This document shows, piece by piece, positions 1-9,667 of a DNA stretch of 64,000 nucleotides. Where the stretch lies: IMG/VR virus record IMGVR_UViG_3300025703_000001, positions 22,324 through 86,323 of that record, one strand, 5' to 3'. The notes beneath the pieces are model-generated. The model made no database searches. It was not told the DNA's origin and saw nothing but the letters and a program-made list of their open reading frames with translations. The position numbers and the translations under genes were made by a program. Source of the DNA: a virus. How positions within the stretch are numbered: position 1 is the stretch's first letter; the number at the start of each line of letters is the position of its first letter.

Positions 1-156
1 CTCAACGGTGCAACGCTTCGCGCCGCTGGCGCAGCAGTCGCAGGTCACGCCGTCTGGCGCTGGCTCGGGTCCACCAGTAGGCGTCATGTTCGACATCTGG
101 ATGTCGTGCGGGAACGTGTCTGAGAAATCTTCCTCAATCATTTGGTCATCCGTCAT
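1..156 (-). CDS. Hypothetical protein, runs off window edge (MTDDQMIEED...CDCC)
   Basis: ATG at 156 overlapping the upstream ORF end; open to position 1. Confidence 0.55.
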   Translation of the reverse strand, partial: MTDDQMIEEDFSDTFPHDIQMSNMTPTGGPEPAPDGVTCDCCASGAKRCTVE

Positions 157-319
157 GATTATCCGCAACCACCTTCATCTTGCCAGCAGATCCGACGTAC
201 GGACCGTTGGGACCAGCGACCTTGCCGCTACCACAACCTGCGCACTCCACCCAACAGGATAGTCCAGAACCGCGCACAATGGGGTTGTGTTTTGTTGGAA
301 TGTCGGGGATTTCAAACAT
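146..319 (-). CDS. Small CxxC hypothetical protein
   Basis: MFEIPDIP start overlaps stop of 312..707; CAGC motif. Confidence 0.5.
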   Translation of the reverse strand: MFEIPDIPTKHNPIVRGSGLSCWVECAGCGSGKVAGPNGPYVGSAGKMKVVADNHDG

Positions 320-707
320 AGATTTGGCACTCCGTGAACCGAACCGCACCCACCGTGTCGGGCGGACACTCAGGCATCGCCTCGTCATCAGGGAACCGCT
401 CCGCTCGATAAGTGTGACGAGGGTTCAGCCACTTTCGGTCCACATCCTCTAGCTGCTCTGCCCACCCGTCCATCTTGGCGTTGTCCCAAAGCGCCTGAAT
501 AAACCACCGTCGGTCCCAGTGACCTACGGCATAGGCAACTTCTCCGTCTTCGTCTGTCGTCACGAACGGCACCGTCACATAGGTCCCATGCCGGAATCTC
601 AGCACCGACCACCACCAGCGCCATCCACGGCCAACGACTCGCATGTTCAACTTAGGACGGCTAGAACTGTCAAACGGTTGAAAGTTCTCGTTTTCGGTCA
701 TCACCAT
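312..707 (-). CDS. Hypothetical phage protein
   Basis: 131-aa ORF coupled to neighbours. Confidence 0.6.
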   Translation of the reverse strand: MVMTENENFQPFDSSSRPKLNMRVVGRGWRWWWSVLRFRHGTYVTVPFVTTDEDGEVAYAVGHWDRRWFIQALWDNAKMDGWAEQLEDVDRKWLNPRHTYRAERFPDDEAMPECPPDTVGAVRFTECQIYV

Positions 708-1219
708 GTCCTGTGCTGTTCGTGGACGGATTCCTGACCATCGTAGTCATGGATGTACCATTCCGCATCCGATGGCACCTCTACAATTCGTAGCTTGGCG
801 TGTTCGCCGTCCGCTTCCTTGCCCAGTTCCCTGACGACGCGAACCAAAAGAGGGTGGGAGCGGTTGTCGCTGAGCCAGCAATCCCACAAGTAATCAGGAG
901 CGTTGAAACTCAGTCCACCACGGTAAATGATTTCGCCTTCGACATCCTCGGTATCGTCGCTGTAGTCGATCACGGGAACGCCCCACTCAATCAACCTCTG
1001 GTAAGCGGCCTGGCTAATGCCAAAACCACCCCAGCATCCATTCACGACTACCGAATTGTGCAACTCCTCTTGGATCGGGAACATCTTGGCGTGATCCAGA
1101 CAGGCGCGTCCGCCCCATCCTTCCGCATGGTTGTCCATCACGTAGTGAGTGGCCGGATTCTGGCACTTGACATAGTTCTGCGGGTCTTCCCACCGTCCGA
1201 GTTCGCAAGTCATGGTCAT
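701..1219 (-). CDS. Conserved phage hypothetical protein (VVVNGCWGGFG...YDGQESVHEQHRTW type)
   Basis: Pattern N-x-C-x-GGFG...R-x-x-P-x-LV-x-VV-x-ELG...YDG-x-E...HRTW recognised from a common phage family; AAGGA RBS. Confidence 0.7.
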   Translation of the reverse strand: MTMTCELGRWEDPQNYVKCQNPATHYVMDNHAEGWGGRACLDHAKMFPIQEELHNSVVVNGCWGGFGISQAAYQRLIEWGVPVIDYSDDTEDVEGEIIYRGGLSFNAPDYLWDCWLSDNRSHPLLVRVVRELGKEADGEHAKLRIVEVPSDAEWYIHDYDGQESVHEQHRTW

Positions 1220-1282
1220 GTCCTTTCAGACTAGCAGCTGGGTGCTGCCGATCTCTGTTGTCTGTGTTTTGTTCATGTATCT

Positions 1283-1311
1283 ATTATGCGCCTGTGTAAC
1301 TCAGTTGTCAA
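1283..1311 (-). promoter_or_regulatory. SigA-type promoter TTGACA-N17-CATAAT, leaderless ATG 6 nt downstream
   Basis: Read directly on minus strand. Confidence 0.8.
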
Positions 1312-1708
1312 GCATCTTTTCTTCACGCGCTACAGCCCACCCGCGTTCATGTAGCCCGACCAGCATGAGAAATGCTAGATGAGAGGCAGACGACGGCACA
1401 ACGTGCCCGTCAAGTGCAGACTTGATGTCTTGATAGGCGGGGTGACTCATCCACCATCCTTCGGCACCTGAAACTTCAGCCACCATTACAGCACGCACTC
1501 TTCCCATCGCAATCTCCACCATCATGCCAACACTGACGCCTTGAATTCGGCCACTCCACGACTTCAAGTTGGTCGCGGTCAAACAAGTAGGGGTTTTCCA
1601 AACTTCCGTCACCGCCAATGATTCTTGCCCTAGCTACGGGCGACCGGAACCCCGTACGCTCTTGGTAGCCAACAGCCACTCTCATGAACTCATCTGGCGT
1701 TAGAAAGT

Positions 1709-1999
1709 TTATCTTTTCAACCACGGGGCCTCCAGCGGTAGATTCTCAAACGCGTAGCGACGTATTACGCGCAGACGAGCCTCTTCGGACCCATCATAGT
1801 GGTAGTCAATCAATACGGACTGAATGCAGCGGAGACGCTTTGCCTGTTCGGCATCGGTCTCTTGGCGCACGGACTCCCAGTCTATGGGTGGTGGGGTATA
1901 GCCGCCAGACGGCACCGAGGACGCCATGGTGAACCCTTGGCTATCTGGATTAGCATCAGCCGCTGCCTTGATTGTCTGAATTCTATCCTTTTCAGTCAT
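1709..1999 (-). CDS. Hypothetical protein
   Basis: 96-aa ORF, ATGA overlap with upstream gene. Confidence 0.55.
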   Translation of the reverse strand: MTEKDRIQTIKAAADANPDSQGFTMASSVPSGGYTPPPIDWESVRQETDAEQAKRLRCIQSVLIDYHYDGSEEARLRVIRRYAFENLPLEAPWLKR

Positions 2000-2169
2000 G
2001 GTTCGGCTCTGGCGGCGGCTGCGTCCAACGTGTTGCCTCTACCGATGTACTCGAGCGCCAAGCGCAGCCGGGTGATCTCGTCCCTCAGCCGCTCCACGTC
2101 CATCTCACGCGCTGCCAGCGCAGACAACACGCCAGCGACATACTCGATGCTGAATGCCCTGTCACTCAT
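1996..2169 (-). CDS. Small coiled-coil hypothetical protein (57 aa, not in ORF track)
   Basis: MSDRAFSIEY...; stop overlaps next start (ATGA). Confidence 0.5.
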   Translation of the reverse strand: MSDRAFSIEYVAGVLSALAAREMDVERLRDEITRLRLALEYIGRGNTLDAAAARAEP

Positions 2170-2318
2170 CCATCTCTCCCGTCATGGGGTGCGGCGGCTG
2201 GGTGCGAGCAGCAGAAGACGGGCTGTAGCTCCCTCACGGTGTCACGTCCTCTTGGGCCAGGGCTGCGGCGGTCGGGCAAGGCCAGAACTTTTCACATTCG
2301 TTGCAGTAGTAGTCGCCC

Positions 2319-2447
2319 TAGCTCTGCTATGCGGGCCTCGGCGGCGTCCAGTTCGTCGCTCACCTTGAGCCATGCGGCATAGTTGGCGTCCCGCTCTTGC
2401 TCCATGCGTTCAGCACGTTTGCGCCAGTAGAGCGTGGCGTCAGTCAT
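2319..2447 (-). repeat. ~129-bp dispersed repeat, copy 1 (copy 2 at 12411-12539)
   Basis: Both copies encode TLYWR.R.ER.E.ERDANYAAWLKVSDELD...RIAEL with long identical DNA runs. Confidence 0.9.
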
Positions 2448-2646
2448 CGAAGCCACCGAGCCGATTCAGGAGGTCGTCCCGCTCTTGGCGCAGAGCACCT
2501 AATTGGCGTTCAGCGTCATCTAGTAATAGCCGCAGGTGGTCCCGTTCCAGCTCTAGTTCGCTGCACCGCTGCTCGGCGGCGTTTCTTTGGGACATGGCGA
2601 CGGCGAGACTATTTTCTAGGCTATTGATGTATGAGTAATCACCCAT
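2440..2646 (-). CDS. Coiled-coil hypothetical protein
   Basis: 68-aa heptad-rich ORF coupled to neighbours. Confidence 0.55.
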   Translation of the reverse strand: MGDYSYINSLENSLAVAMSQRNAAEQRCSELELERDHLRLLLDDAERQLGALRQERDDLLNRLGGFDD

Positions 2647-3094
2647 TGTCGGCCTCTGCGAGAATCACACCAAGTCCTCTCCAGTCCAGCGGTGGGGCGG
2701 CGATCTCGTTCTCCATCACCCATTCACGCACCTTGGCAAATAATGCGGCGTACTCAGTCATCACGTCGTCAGCCAATGTGATAACTGTGTCGCTGGTGTC
2801 GCTCGCCCCTGGCGGATGATCCAGTTTGGAGCGTTCCCACGCTTGTCTTGCGGCGGTCAACATGGTTGGTAGCTCCTTTGGTCCAGCTGGATCAACCCGT
2901 AGGGCCATCAGCCACGGCGCTCGGCTCAACACTGCTGAGCGGTCATGTCCTTTGGCGTTGAGGTAGTCGTGGCGAAACTGGTCAGCCTCGGTATAGCTGG
3001 AGCAATACTCGTAGCCGTCCTCGTGGTCACAGCAGATGAGTTTGAGCACCCACGGTTCGGTGCGCTCCGGGTCAATCGTGTCGCTGTAGTGCAT
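2639..3094 (-). CDS. Hypothetical protein with N-terminal EPWVLxLICC domain
   Basis: Domain shared with C-terminus of 4014..4604. Confidence 0.65.
   Translation of the reverse strand: MHYSDTIDPERTEPWVLKLICCDHEDGYEYCSSYTEADQFRHDYLNAKGHDRSAVLSRAPWLMALRVDPAGPKELPTMLTAARQAWERSKLDHPPGASDTSDTVITLADDVMTEYAALFAKVREWVMENEIAAPPLDWRGLGVILAEADNG
2939..3086 (-). repeat. ~148-bp diverged repeat (second copy 4101-4248)
   Basis: SDTID...EPWVL.LICC.H.DG.EY....TEAD.FR.DYL.AKGHDR in both genes. Confidence 0.85.
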
Positions 3095-3475
3095 CAGGCG
3101 TCCTTTCGCTCGGGGCGTGGGTCAGCCAGAGCAGCCACGAGTGCGTAGTAATGCAAGGCCAGGTCGGGGTCTAGGGCATTCGCTTCGACGTAGACCCGTG
3201 CCGCAGCTTCGATCAATCGCAGCCGCTCCACGTCCTGAGTCGGGGCCTTCAGCGATAGATCGGCTAGTCCCTGCAGCGACTTACGCAGCTTGTCGTACTC
3301 ATCTTTGAGTGTGCGGAGTGCTGCCTTCGCATCATTTCCCATTCCTTCGGCATCACTTCTTGGCAGGTTGACCTCAATGCGCACGGTATGGTTCCAGGTA
3401 TTCTGTTCGCCACGACCCTCAGTTGTCAGATTCGTAGGCATCTCAGACCTCCTGTTAGAAATCTTGTCTTTTCCT

Positions 3476-4021
3476 TCACGCCAAATTCTCCTCTGCCCAC
3501 TTGCAGTATGCCGCGAACTCTTCTGGGGTGTTGTACTTTTCCCGTGCGGCCCGGTCCATCTTGTGATATCCGGCATCAGGATTGCTTCGGGACGGCAGGG
3601 CGAAGTTCTCTGGAGGATAGTAGTCCATTGGCGGTTGCGAGTATCCAGCGGCTTCTAGGGCGTCTCTCACAACGGCCCAGACTGGATGTTCGGAGCGGTC
3701 AGGGTAATCGGGGTCGTCGCTGCCCATCAGGAGCCAATCTCTTGTTTCGTTGCTCCACCAGTTAGAGTTGCCGATTCTGTTGCGACGGGCCACCATGGGC
3801 GTCCAGGTGATCCAAATCCCCTCGTCCTCGGCGCGCTTGGTAAAACACCATGGACAGATCAATCCGCCATGTCGATGCATCAGCTCGTCCCACAACGGTT
3901 GCGGCGAATGCCAAATTAGTCCGTTAAAGCCTCCGCAGTCCTGGCATGGTTCCGTTCCCGTGATCTCATAGCGCGGGGCGGCGTGTTTTTCTTCTGAAGG
4001 AATAGCGTTGCTTTCACTCAC
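3476..4021 (-). CDS. Hypothetical protein with two CxxC pairs
   Basis: CQDCG...ICPWC; coupled start/stop. Confidence 0.6.
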   Translation of the reverse strand: MSESNAIPSEEKHAAPRYEITGTEPCQDCGGFNGLIWHSPQPLWDELMHRHGGLICPWCFTKRAEDEGIWITWTPMVARRNRIGNSNWWSNETRDWLLMGSDDPDYPDRSEHPVWAVVRDALEAAGYSQPPMDYYPPENFALPSRSNPDAGYHKMDRAAREKYNTPEEFAAYCKWAEENLA

Positions 4022-4604
4022 CGTATTCTGCCACCCTCTCCTGCACTACCGTTTGCCGGACTTCTTCTGCTCCATTTGCCGTTAGCTTTAAGATAGCCTG
4101 GCGGTCATGTCCCTTGGCGTCAAGATAATCATAGCGGAACCGATCAGCCTCCGTAAAGGTCTGGAAATACTCAAAGCCGTCAGAATGGCCACAGCAGATC
4201 AGTTCCAGCACCCAGGGTTCATATCGTGTCTCGTCAATGGTATCGCTGCACACGCACAGAGAACACCGTAAATCAGGCGCCGGATCGACGGAACCGCCTG
4301 ATCCGTATTCGGTGCCAGGATCGTCTCCATAGAGAACCGCGTGCAGCCTGTTCGCCAGTTCGATCAGACGCGACTTTGGCTCATCTATCGGCAGTTGGCC
4401 CGGATACATGAAATCGAGGAAATCGCGAGCAGTGAGCAACGAAGAGCGTTGCCTCGTGGCGGTGACAAGCAGGGCGTCGCGCTCCTCAATCACATCATCG
4501 AGCGTCTGACCTAGTTCGGCGCGCTCCTCAGTTAGCCGCGTGACAAGCAGTGAGACCTTGTTCAGCTCATCCTGTAAGTTTTCAATAGTTGGATCAGTTT
4601 CCAT
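4014..4604 (-). CDS. Coiled-coil protein with C-terminal EPWVLxLICC domain
   Basis: 196-aa ORF; domain duplicated in 2639..3094. Confidence 0.65.
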   Translation of the reverse strand: METDPTIENLQDELNKVSLLVTRLTEERAELGQTLDDVIEERDALLVTATRQRSSLLTARDFLDFMYPGQLPIDEPKSRLIELANRLHAVLYGDDPGTEYGSGGSVDPAPDLRCSLCVCSDTIDETRYEPWVLELICCGHSDGFEYFQTFTEADRFRYDYLDAKGHDRQAILKLTANGAEEVRQTVVQERVAEYGE

Positions 4605-5070
4605 CGACCAGCCTCGCTCGGAATGGGCATCTCACCGGATGACCCACGTACTCGCCGCAGCCTGGACACTTCAACGACTCCAAGCTGCATGGTTCGGTGC
4701 CCCCGTCGCCGTAAGGGCAGGTCTCTCGCCAATGTTGCACACCGTCGCATTCGCACAGTGCGTCAAGGGTGTCCTCCGTCAGTTTGGCGGCGGCTTCCGC
4801 CTGGTGTGATTCCCATGATCCCCCCTCTTGCAATGCACGCTTCAATGCTGCGTTCTCTGCTCTGAGCTGTTCACTGAGCTGCTCCAAGAGCACGTGCGAT
4901 TGCTCAAGCGTCTTCGCGCGGTTCATCCACTTGACGAACCGCTCCTCGTCTATGACCGCCTGGGCTTTCAGGGTGTCCAGCTCCTTCTCCATCTCTCGAT
5001 ACCGGTCGGAACGGCTGAACCTGGGTGCGCTCACGGTCTCCTCCTGTTCGTATTTGCTGGCGAAATACAC
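4594..5070 (-). CDS. Coiled-coil protein with Cys/His-rich C-terminus
   Basis: CEC...H...C and CPGC...H...C motifs. Confidence 0.55.
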   Translation of the reverse strand: MYFASKYEQEETVSAPRFSRSDRYREMEKELDTLKAQAVIDEERFVKWMNRAKTLEQSHVLLEQLSEQLRAENAALKRALQEGGSWESHQAEAAAKLTEDTLDALCECDGVQHWRETCPYGDGGTEPCSLESLKCPGCGEYVGHPVRCPFRARLVDGN

Positions 5071-5596
5071 CGTTATCTAGGGAGTTTACGTACGTATAGC
5101 GTTTCTGCTATACGAAATTTGTCTGAATAGCTGTACTTTCCTTCATGATTCCTCCGTACAGTGAATCCAGGGTCGACCTTCGGAATCATAACCGCACGCA
5201 CGATCCGAACCGCACGTCGCGCAAATGGTTCCTATAGACCTTTCTGGATCAGGTTCCCAATCGTACTCAACTTCCACAACATCGGTGCCGTTGAAAACAT
5301 GGTCCCAAAATTCCCCATCATCCATAGAGTCTCGCAAATCGGCTTCTGGACACAGATGGCGGAACGGACGAACCTCGGTCATGGCTACCAAGTTCCTCCT
5401 GCCATTTCGTACAGATCGTCGGCCAGCACTTTGCAATGAGACACCAGTGTTCCAAGATCCAACGAATTGGCCGTGCCCTCTTCTGCCTTAAGTGCGTAAC
5501 CGTACGCCAGCCCCGCCACTGACGCCAGAATTTGCGTTGGTGACGGCGACAACGATTCAGCTCGCTCAAACAGTTCCGTTTGAATATCGGGGGCAC

Positions 5597-5932
5597 TCAT
5601 GGGGCGCATATCCCGTTTTCACGCAGGTACGCGTCGGCCAACGTTTCCGCAACCTCCTGCACCCTCTCATCTGTGGCGTCGTCGTCCACGCCAAGCAATT
5701 GACGCCGCACCCAGCCGCTCACTTCAGATCGACTGGGCATGGTGTCCCATCCAAAATCCGACGAATGGCACCGAACGTAATCCCACCCGTAGGTGAACGG
5801 ATATCGGGTCGGAATGTATCGCTCGGGATTCGATGGACGCCCCTCTATCTGAGCAATCGTAGCGTCAACGCTACCCAGGAAGTCTTGCGTCTGAATAGGG
5901 CTACTTTCATCCATCACTCTTCTCCTCGCCAT
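5597..5932 (-). CDS. Hypothetical phage protein (RYPFTYGWDYVR)
   Basis: Coupled ORF; start may be the internal ATG (MDESS). Confidence 0.55.
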   Translation of the reverse strand: MARRRVMDESSPIQTQDFLGSVDATIAQIEGRPSNPERYIPTRYPFTYGWDYVRCHSSDFGWDTMPSRSEVSGWVRRQLLGVDDDATDERVQEVAETLADAYLRENGICAP

Positions 5933-6315
5933 TTCAGGTGGCTACGTCCCTCGTCGGTCATCATGGGGACCAACGCTGCGGCGGTATCCGAGACAGTCCA
6001 ATCTACGCCGTCCTGGCAACCCCACCCGGTATAGTCGTTCCACGCCTCCAGATAGCCCCAGCGCCCATCAGCGAAGCGCATCACACCATATAGCGACAGC
6101 TCCGTGCCGATGTCCTCATCGTCACCATTAGATGTCCACCAGATTTCCACGACTTCGCTCGGGACAGGACGGTCCTCAATCAGAGTGCCAGTAACGTCTC
6201 GCCACTGGTAAGAGGCTTCCGTAATGGAGCGCCACTCGCTGTAGCCGTAGTCACTACGGGCCAACGGCTCTGGCAACCCTTTGGGTGGTGAAGGAAAGCC
6301 CACGATTTCAGACAT
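5914..6315 (-). CDS. Hypothetical phage protein (DYTGWGCQ motif)
   Basis: Start MSEIVGF overlaps upstream stop. Confidence 0.6.
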   Translation of the reverse strand: MSEIVGFPSPPKGLPEPLARSDYGYSEWRSITEASYQWRDVTGTLIEDRPVPSEVVEIWWTSNGDDEDIGTELSLYGVMRFADGRWGYLEAWNDYTGWGCQDGVDWTVSDTAAALVPMMTDEGRSHLKWRGEE

Positions 6316-6475
6316 TGCGCGTATCCCAACACTCTTGCAGCCATTCCTGGTTGCACGCCACGCACACGTCAGGGTACTCCTGCGGGTCGTAACTCTCGTA
6401 GCCAGCGATGACCTCGGTCTCGCCACAGTAGATGCACTTACCCTCTCGGGTCGCCGTCTTCATTGCGTTGGTCAT
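6308..6475 (-). CDS. 55-aa CxxC..CxxC protein, leaderless (not in ORF track)
   Basis: MTNAMKT...CIYCG...CVAC directly behind promoter at 6482-6510. Confidence 0.6.
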   Translation of the reverse strand: MTNAMKTATREGKCIYCGETEVIAGYESYDPQEYPDVCVACNQEWLQECWDTRNV

Positions 6476-6481
6476 AAATCA

Positions 6482-6510
6482 AGTATGCGCCTCGGTGTCG
6501 TCTATGTCAA
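6482..6510 (-). promoter_or_regulatory. SigA-type promoter TTGACA-N17-CATACT
   Basis: Read directly; ATG 6 nt downstream. Confidence 0.8.
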
Positions 6511-6834
6511 GCCGTTTGACCTGCGATTGTATAGAAAATTGGTGGCGGGTGAGGTATCAAGCAACTTTTCGGTTACTCTGCCGTCGCCGTAGTGCCGAAC
6601 CGATGCATTCCCATTCTCCGTTTACGTGCCGTCGCACTCTTTCCTGACCACCTGCTAACTATAGTATATCTTTCGTTTGAATCCAGGAGTATTCAGACAT
6701 CAGAACGGTGCCACCGACTCTCGATTCCCCACGGTGGACTTCCCGCGTAATCGGCCCCGATATCCGAAAGTTAAGGGTTAGCTCGTGACACGGGCGTGCT
6801 GGTTTGTTGATCGTGTCGTTACACCACACCGTTC

Positions 6835-7116
6835 TCATGCTTGAAGTTTTCTCCGGGCCTCATTGCGCATCTGAATGTGCTTGACTAAAGCGGTCTGAAG
6901 CTTGTCCACGGTCTCGTCATCCAGACAGACTTCATTATCGTGCCACGCATGCCGCAGTGCCAGCCACGCCCAGCGAAAGCGCCCCCATTGCTTGGCTATG
7001 GCTGGTGACCAGATCGTCAGAAAAAGCGTTCCATCTTCCCACCCATCCAATCCGATGGCATGCGAGTGGCACGCGTCCACGATCAGGCATTCGTCAATCG
7101 TCTTGTTGTCCAGCAC
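6835..7116 (-). CDS. Hypothetical protein
   Basis: 93-aa ORF overlapping end of EndoVII gene. Confidence 0.55.
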   Translation of the reverse strand: MLDNKTIDECLIVDACHSHAIGLDGWEDGTLFLTIWSPAIAKQWGRFRWAWLALRHAWHDNEVCLDDETVDKLQTALVKHIQMRNEARRKLQA

Positions 7117-7609
7117 GCCAGCTCCTAACGATTTTAAGCGGTCGGTTCGCCATGTGAGCGTCTATCTTGTCTCCATGTTGCCGAAGCCACCCTAGCAGGA
7201 TATTACAGCGGTTACAGAGCAATCCACGGATGCAATTCTCGCAGCCCTTATTCATGGGATGATCCCGGTCGCAGCACGGAGCGTCCCAGTCGTGATCAAC
7301 ACCCATAGCGCCCATACCATACGACCTCGGATCACCGCAGATATTGCAGGCGTCCTTCTGCAAGATATGGAAGATGTCGTCGTACTCCAAAAGGGTCATC
7401 GTCCAGGCCCGCATAAGCGTGATCGCTCTGACCAATGGACGCCGACATTCTTTGCACGTGTCATAATGGCCATCCGGCTTGCGCTTAAGCTTGTGAAACT
7501 GTGCCAGTGGCTTTTCTATCCCGCAAGTATCGCAGACCTTCAGGGGGCCTTCGTTGAGTTCGGCTTCACGCCGCTCAATCATTTCCTTGCGTAGTCGCGT
7601 ATAACCCAA
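7094..7609 (-). CDS. Endonuclease VII-type (His-Me) nuclease with N-terminal Zn finger
   Basis: CDTC...CKEC; CNICG...VDHD...RGLLCNRCN. Confidence 0.85.
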   Translation of the reverse strand: MGYTRLRKEMIERREAELNEGPLKVCDTCGIEKPLAQFHKLKRKPDGHYDTCKECRRPLVRAITLMRAWTMTLLEYDDIFHILQKDACNICGDPRSYGMGAMGVDHDWDAPCCDRDHPMNKGCENCIRGLLCNRCNILLGWLRQHGDKIDAHMANRPLKIVRSWRAGQQDD

Positions 7610-7650
7610 GTGCTAACTCCAGTTATCTTTTTGAGAAGATATGAGCAGAT

Positions 7651-8124
7651 TCATCCATGCTCCTCGATAAATGCGTTCATGACGGCGACGTCAGCCCTTG
7701 TCAGTCCGATTTCTGGATCAGGATTCACCACCAGATACGGAAAGCCTACCTGAAACAACGGACCATCTACGTCCAGGGCCGGGATATCGTCCTCTGCCCA
7801 GATGAACGATTCCCCAACGGTAGCGTATTCCGCAACCGCGTGATATTTACCAACCACCGCAGGATATGGGTGGCGCTGGACCACGGGCAGTGGTGACCAA
7901 CCAAAGTGCGGCGCAATAATGTCATTCGCTGCGGCGTCCCATGTTGTCAGCCAACATAGTTCGGCAGCCAGCGTTCCCAATGCGATACCCATTTCTAGAG
8001 AAAGGTGTAACTGAGAGAACCGCCACGGAACATCAAGATGATCCCAGCTGCCCCACTCAGACGGAAACTTGGGCGTCTGGGGCATCGGTGACAAGACGCC
8101 ATCAACGTCCAACATGATTCTCAT
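7651..8124 (-). CDS. HAD-superfamily protein (RNA-repair HAD-like)
   Basis: LDVDGVL motif I, WLTTW, FIWAEDD. Confidence 0.8.
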   Translation of the reverse strand: MRIMLDVDGVLSPMPQTPKFPSEWGSWDHLDVPWRFSQLHLSLEMGIALGTLAAELCWLTTWDAAANDIIAPHFGWSPLPVVQRHPYPAVVGKYHAVAEYATVGESFIWAEDDIPALDVDGPLFQVGFPYLVVNPDPEIGLTRADVAVMNAFIEEHG

Positions 8125-8472
8125 CGTCTGAAAGTAACGATATTCATTCTGTATCGGTTCCGTTGGGCGGAGGCAACCGATACAGAACGTACCGATCCGC
8201 CAATTGAATGGGGTCTTCCAGGTAGTCGCCTAGCAGAACGCGCCACGCCTCTTGCGGCCATGAATGCGGCGGAACGTATCCTGTCGAGAGGTTGTCGTAT
8301 TGACGTTGCAGCTCGTCCCGTTCCCGTTCAATCTGCTTGGCTAGTTTTTCCCACCGATCAGCCTCAGCAGTCCAATGCAGACGACTACAGACAAGGCAAC
8401 GGCCTTCCGCGTCAATGATTGGCTCGATCTCGGGTTCATGTGGGTGCTTTGTACTGACTTCGTTAACGGCCA

Positions 8473-8883
8473 TCAGTAAATCCACGCATTCCGCGCTTCT
8501 GCCCAACCTCTTGCTCTTACGCGATCCATCTCTCTTAGTCGCTCTCGTAGTTCTTCTGCCGCCTTGGGACTGAGGTTGGGAACCAGTAGACACGATGATT
8601 TATGAAGGGTGCCCGGCATATGAATGGCGACGCCGGGGATGTCAGGATTGTCGGGCGCTGGAGTACAGCCGCACTCGGGACACGGTACATAAGAACCATC
8701 ATCCTGCCATCCGGTCTCATTCAAGCACGTCCAGTATCGATGTTTTGCCCCGCACACTTCAAAATCACCAAACCCAGTCTGGATCATCCATCCACCGGGT
8801 AGTCGCGCCACACCCATATCGTCGCTATCGTACGAGCCGTCAGAGGCGAGCCATTCCATTTCTATCGTGTCGTAAACCATCAA
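8473..8883 (-). CDS. Hypothetical protein with CPECG motif
   Basis: Coupled ORF. Confidence 0.55.
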   Translation of the reverse strand: MMVYDTIEMEWLASDGSYDSDDMGVARLPGGWMIQTGFGDFEVCGAKHRYWTCLNETGWQDDGSYVPCPECGCTPAPDNPDIPGVAIHMPGTLHKSSCLLVPNLSPKAAEELRERLREMDRVRARGWAEARNAWIY

Positions 8884-9266
8884 CTTTCCCTCACGGGTTC
8901 GTAACTGGTCTCGGACTCAGGAAACTCCGTAGTCACCCATTCGATCCGTAACGGCTTAGACTTTGCGCGCACCGACCAGCATATGCGGTCCTGCGTGTCG
9001 TTATCAAGATAGCACGCTACCCACCAGGCATTGGCGTCCATCTGCTCAGCCCTGAACATCGTAACGTCCCTGACGAAGATGTCGTCCATGAGCGCGTCGG
9101 GATCGTCATTGCCCCGTTCGTCCGGGCGTAGGGCGATGCGATATTCTTTGCCATCACCCCAAGGCGATAGTTCCGCCATTCTGCGACGAACCTTGTTCAT
9201 AGCGTCCATCAGGTTGCCGTTCATCTGGGCGAGAAAAGCATACTCGTCCTGATCCCGTTTGTTCAC
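8880..9266 (-). CDS. Hypothetical protein
   Basis: 128-aa ORF with 4-bp overlaps on both sides. Confidence 0.6.
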   Translation of the reverse strand: MNKRDQDEYAFLAQMNGNLMDAMNKVRRRMAELSPWGDGKEYRIALRPDERGNDDPDALMDDIFVRDVTMFRAEQMDANAWWVACYLDNDTQDRICWSVRAKSKPLRIEWVTTEFPESETSYEPVRES

Positions 9267-9667
9267 GCCCCACCGCCCAACCCATCCGACACGAACTGCT
9301 CGGCATTCCCCGAATCGTCCGCCCTATTCGCCCACCGCACGGCAGCCACGGACTCGTCGTCGCCCATCATCCAGGCGTTAGCGTACACGTGGCCCCACGC
9401 TAGCGTCATCAGCTCGTAGTGGGCCTCCAGGCTCGTGAGTTGGTCGGACTCCGGTACTCGCTCCATCCATCCGCACGAGCAGCGGGCCAGTTCCATATCC
9501 TTCTGTGGATCGCCAACGTCCACATTATGGCGGATAATGTTCACCACGGGTAATCGTCCTCTCCGTCGCAACTTGGATTAGTACAGTAGGGCCACGACGC
9601 ACCATCGTCGTCACGCATGGGCGCCCCACAATACTCACACACGGCCCACGTCGGTTCCTCGGCCACA

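Noticed and set aside
6659-6838. Possible structured ncRNA (AGAACGGTG...CACCGTTCT inverted repeat)
   Set aside because: Fully explained by a 59-aa minus-strand ORF coupled by ATGA overlap; no T-loop
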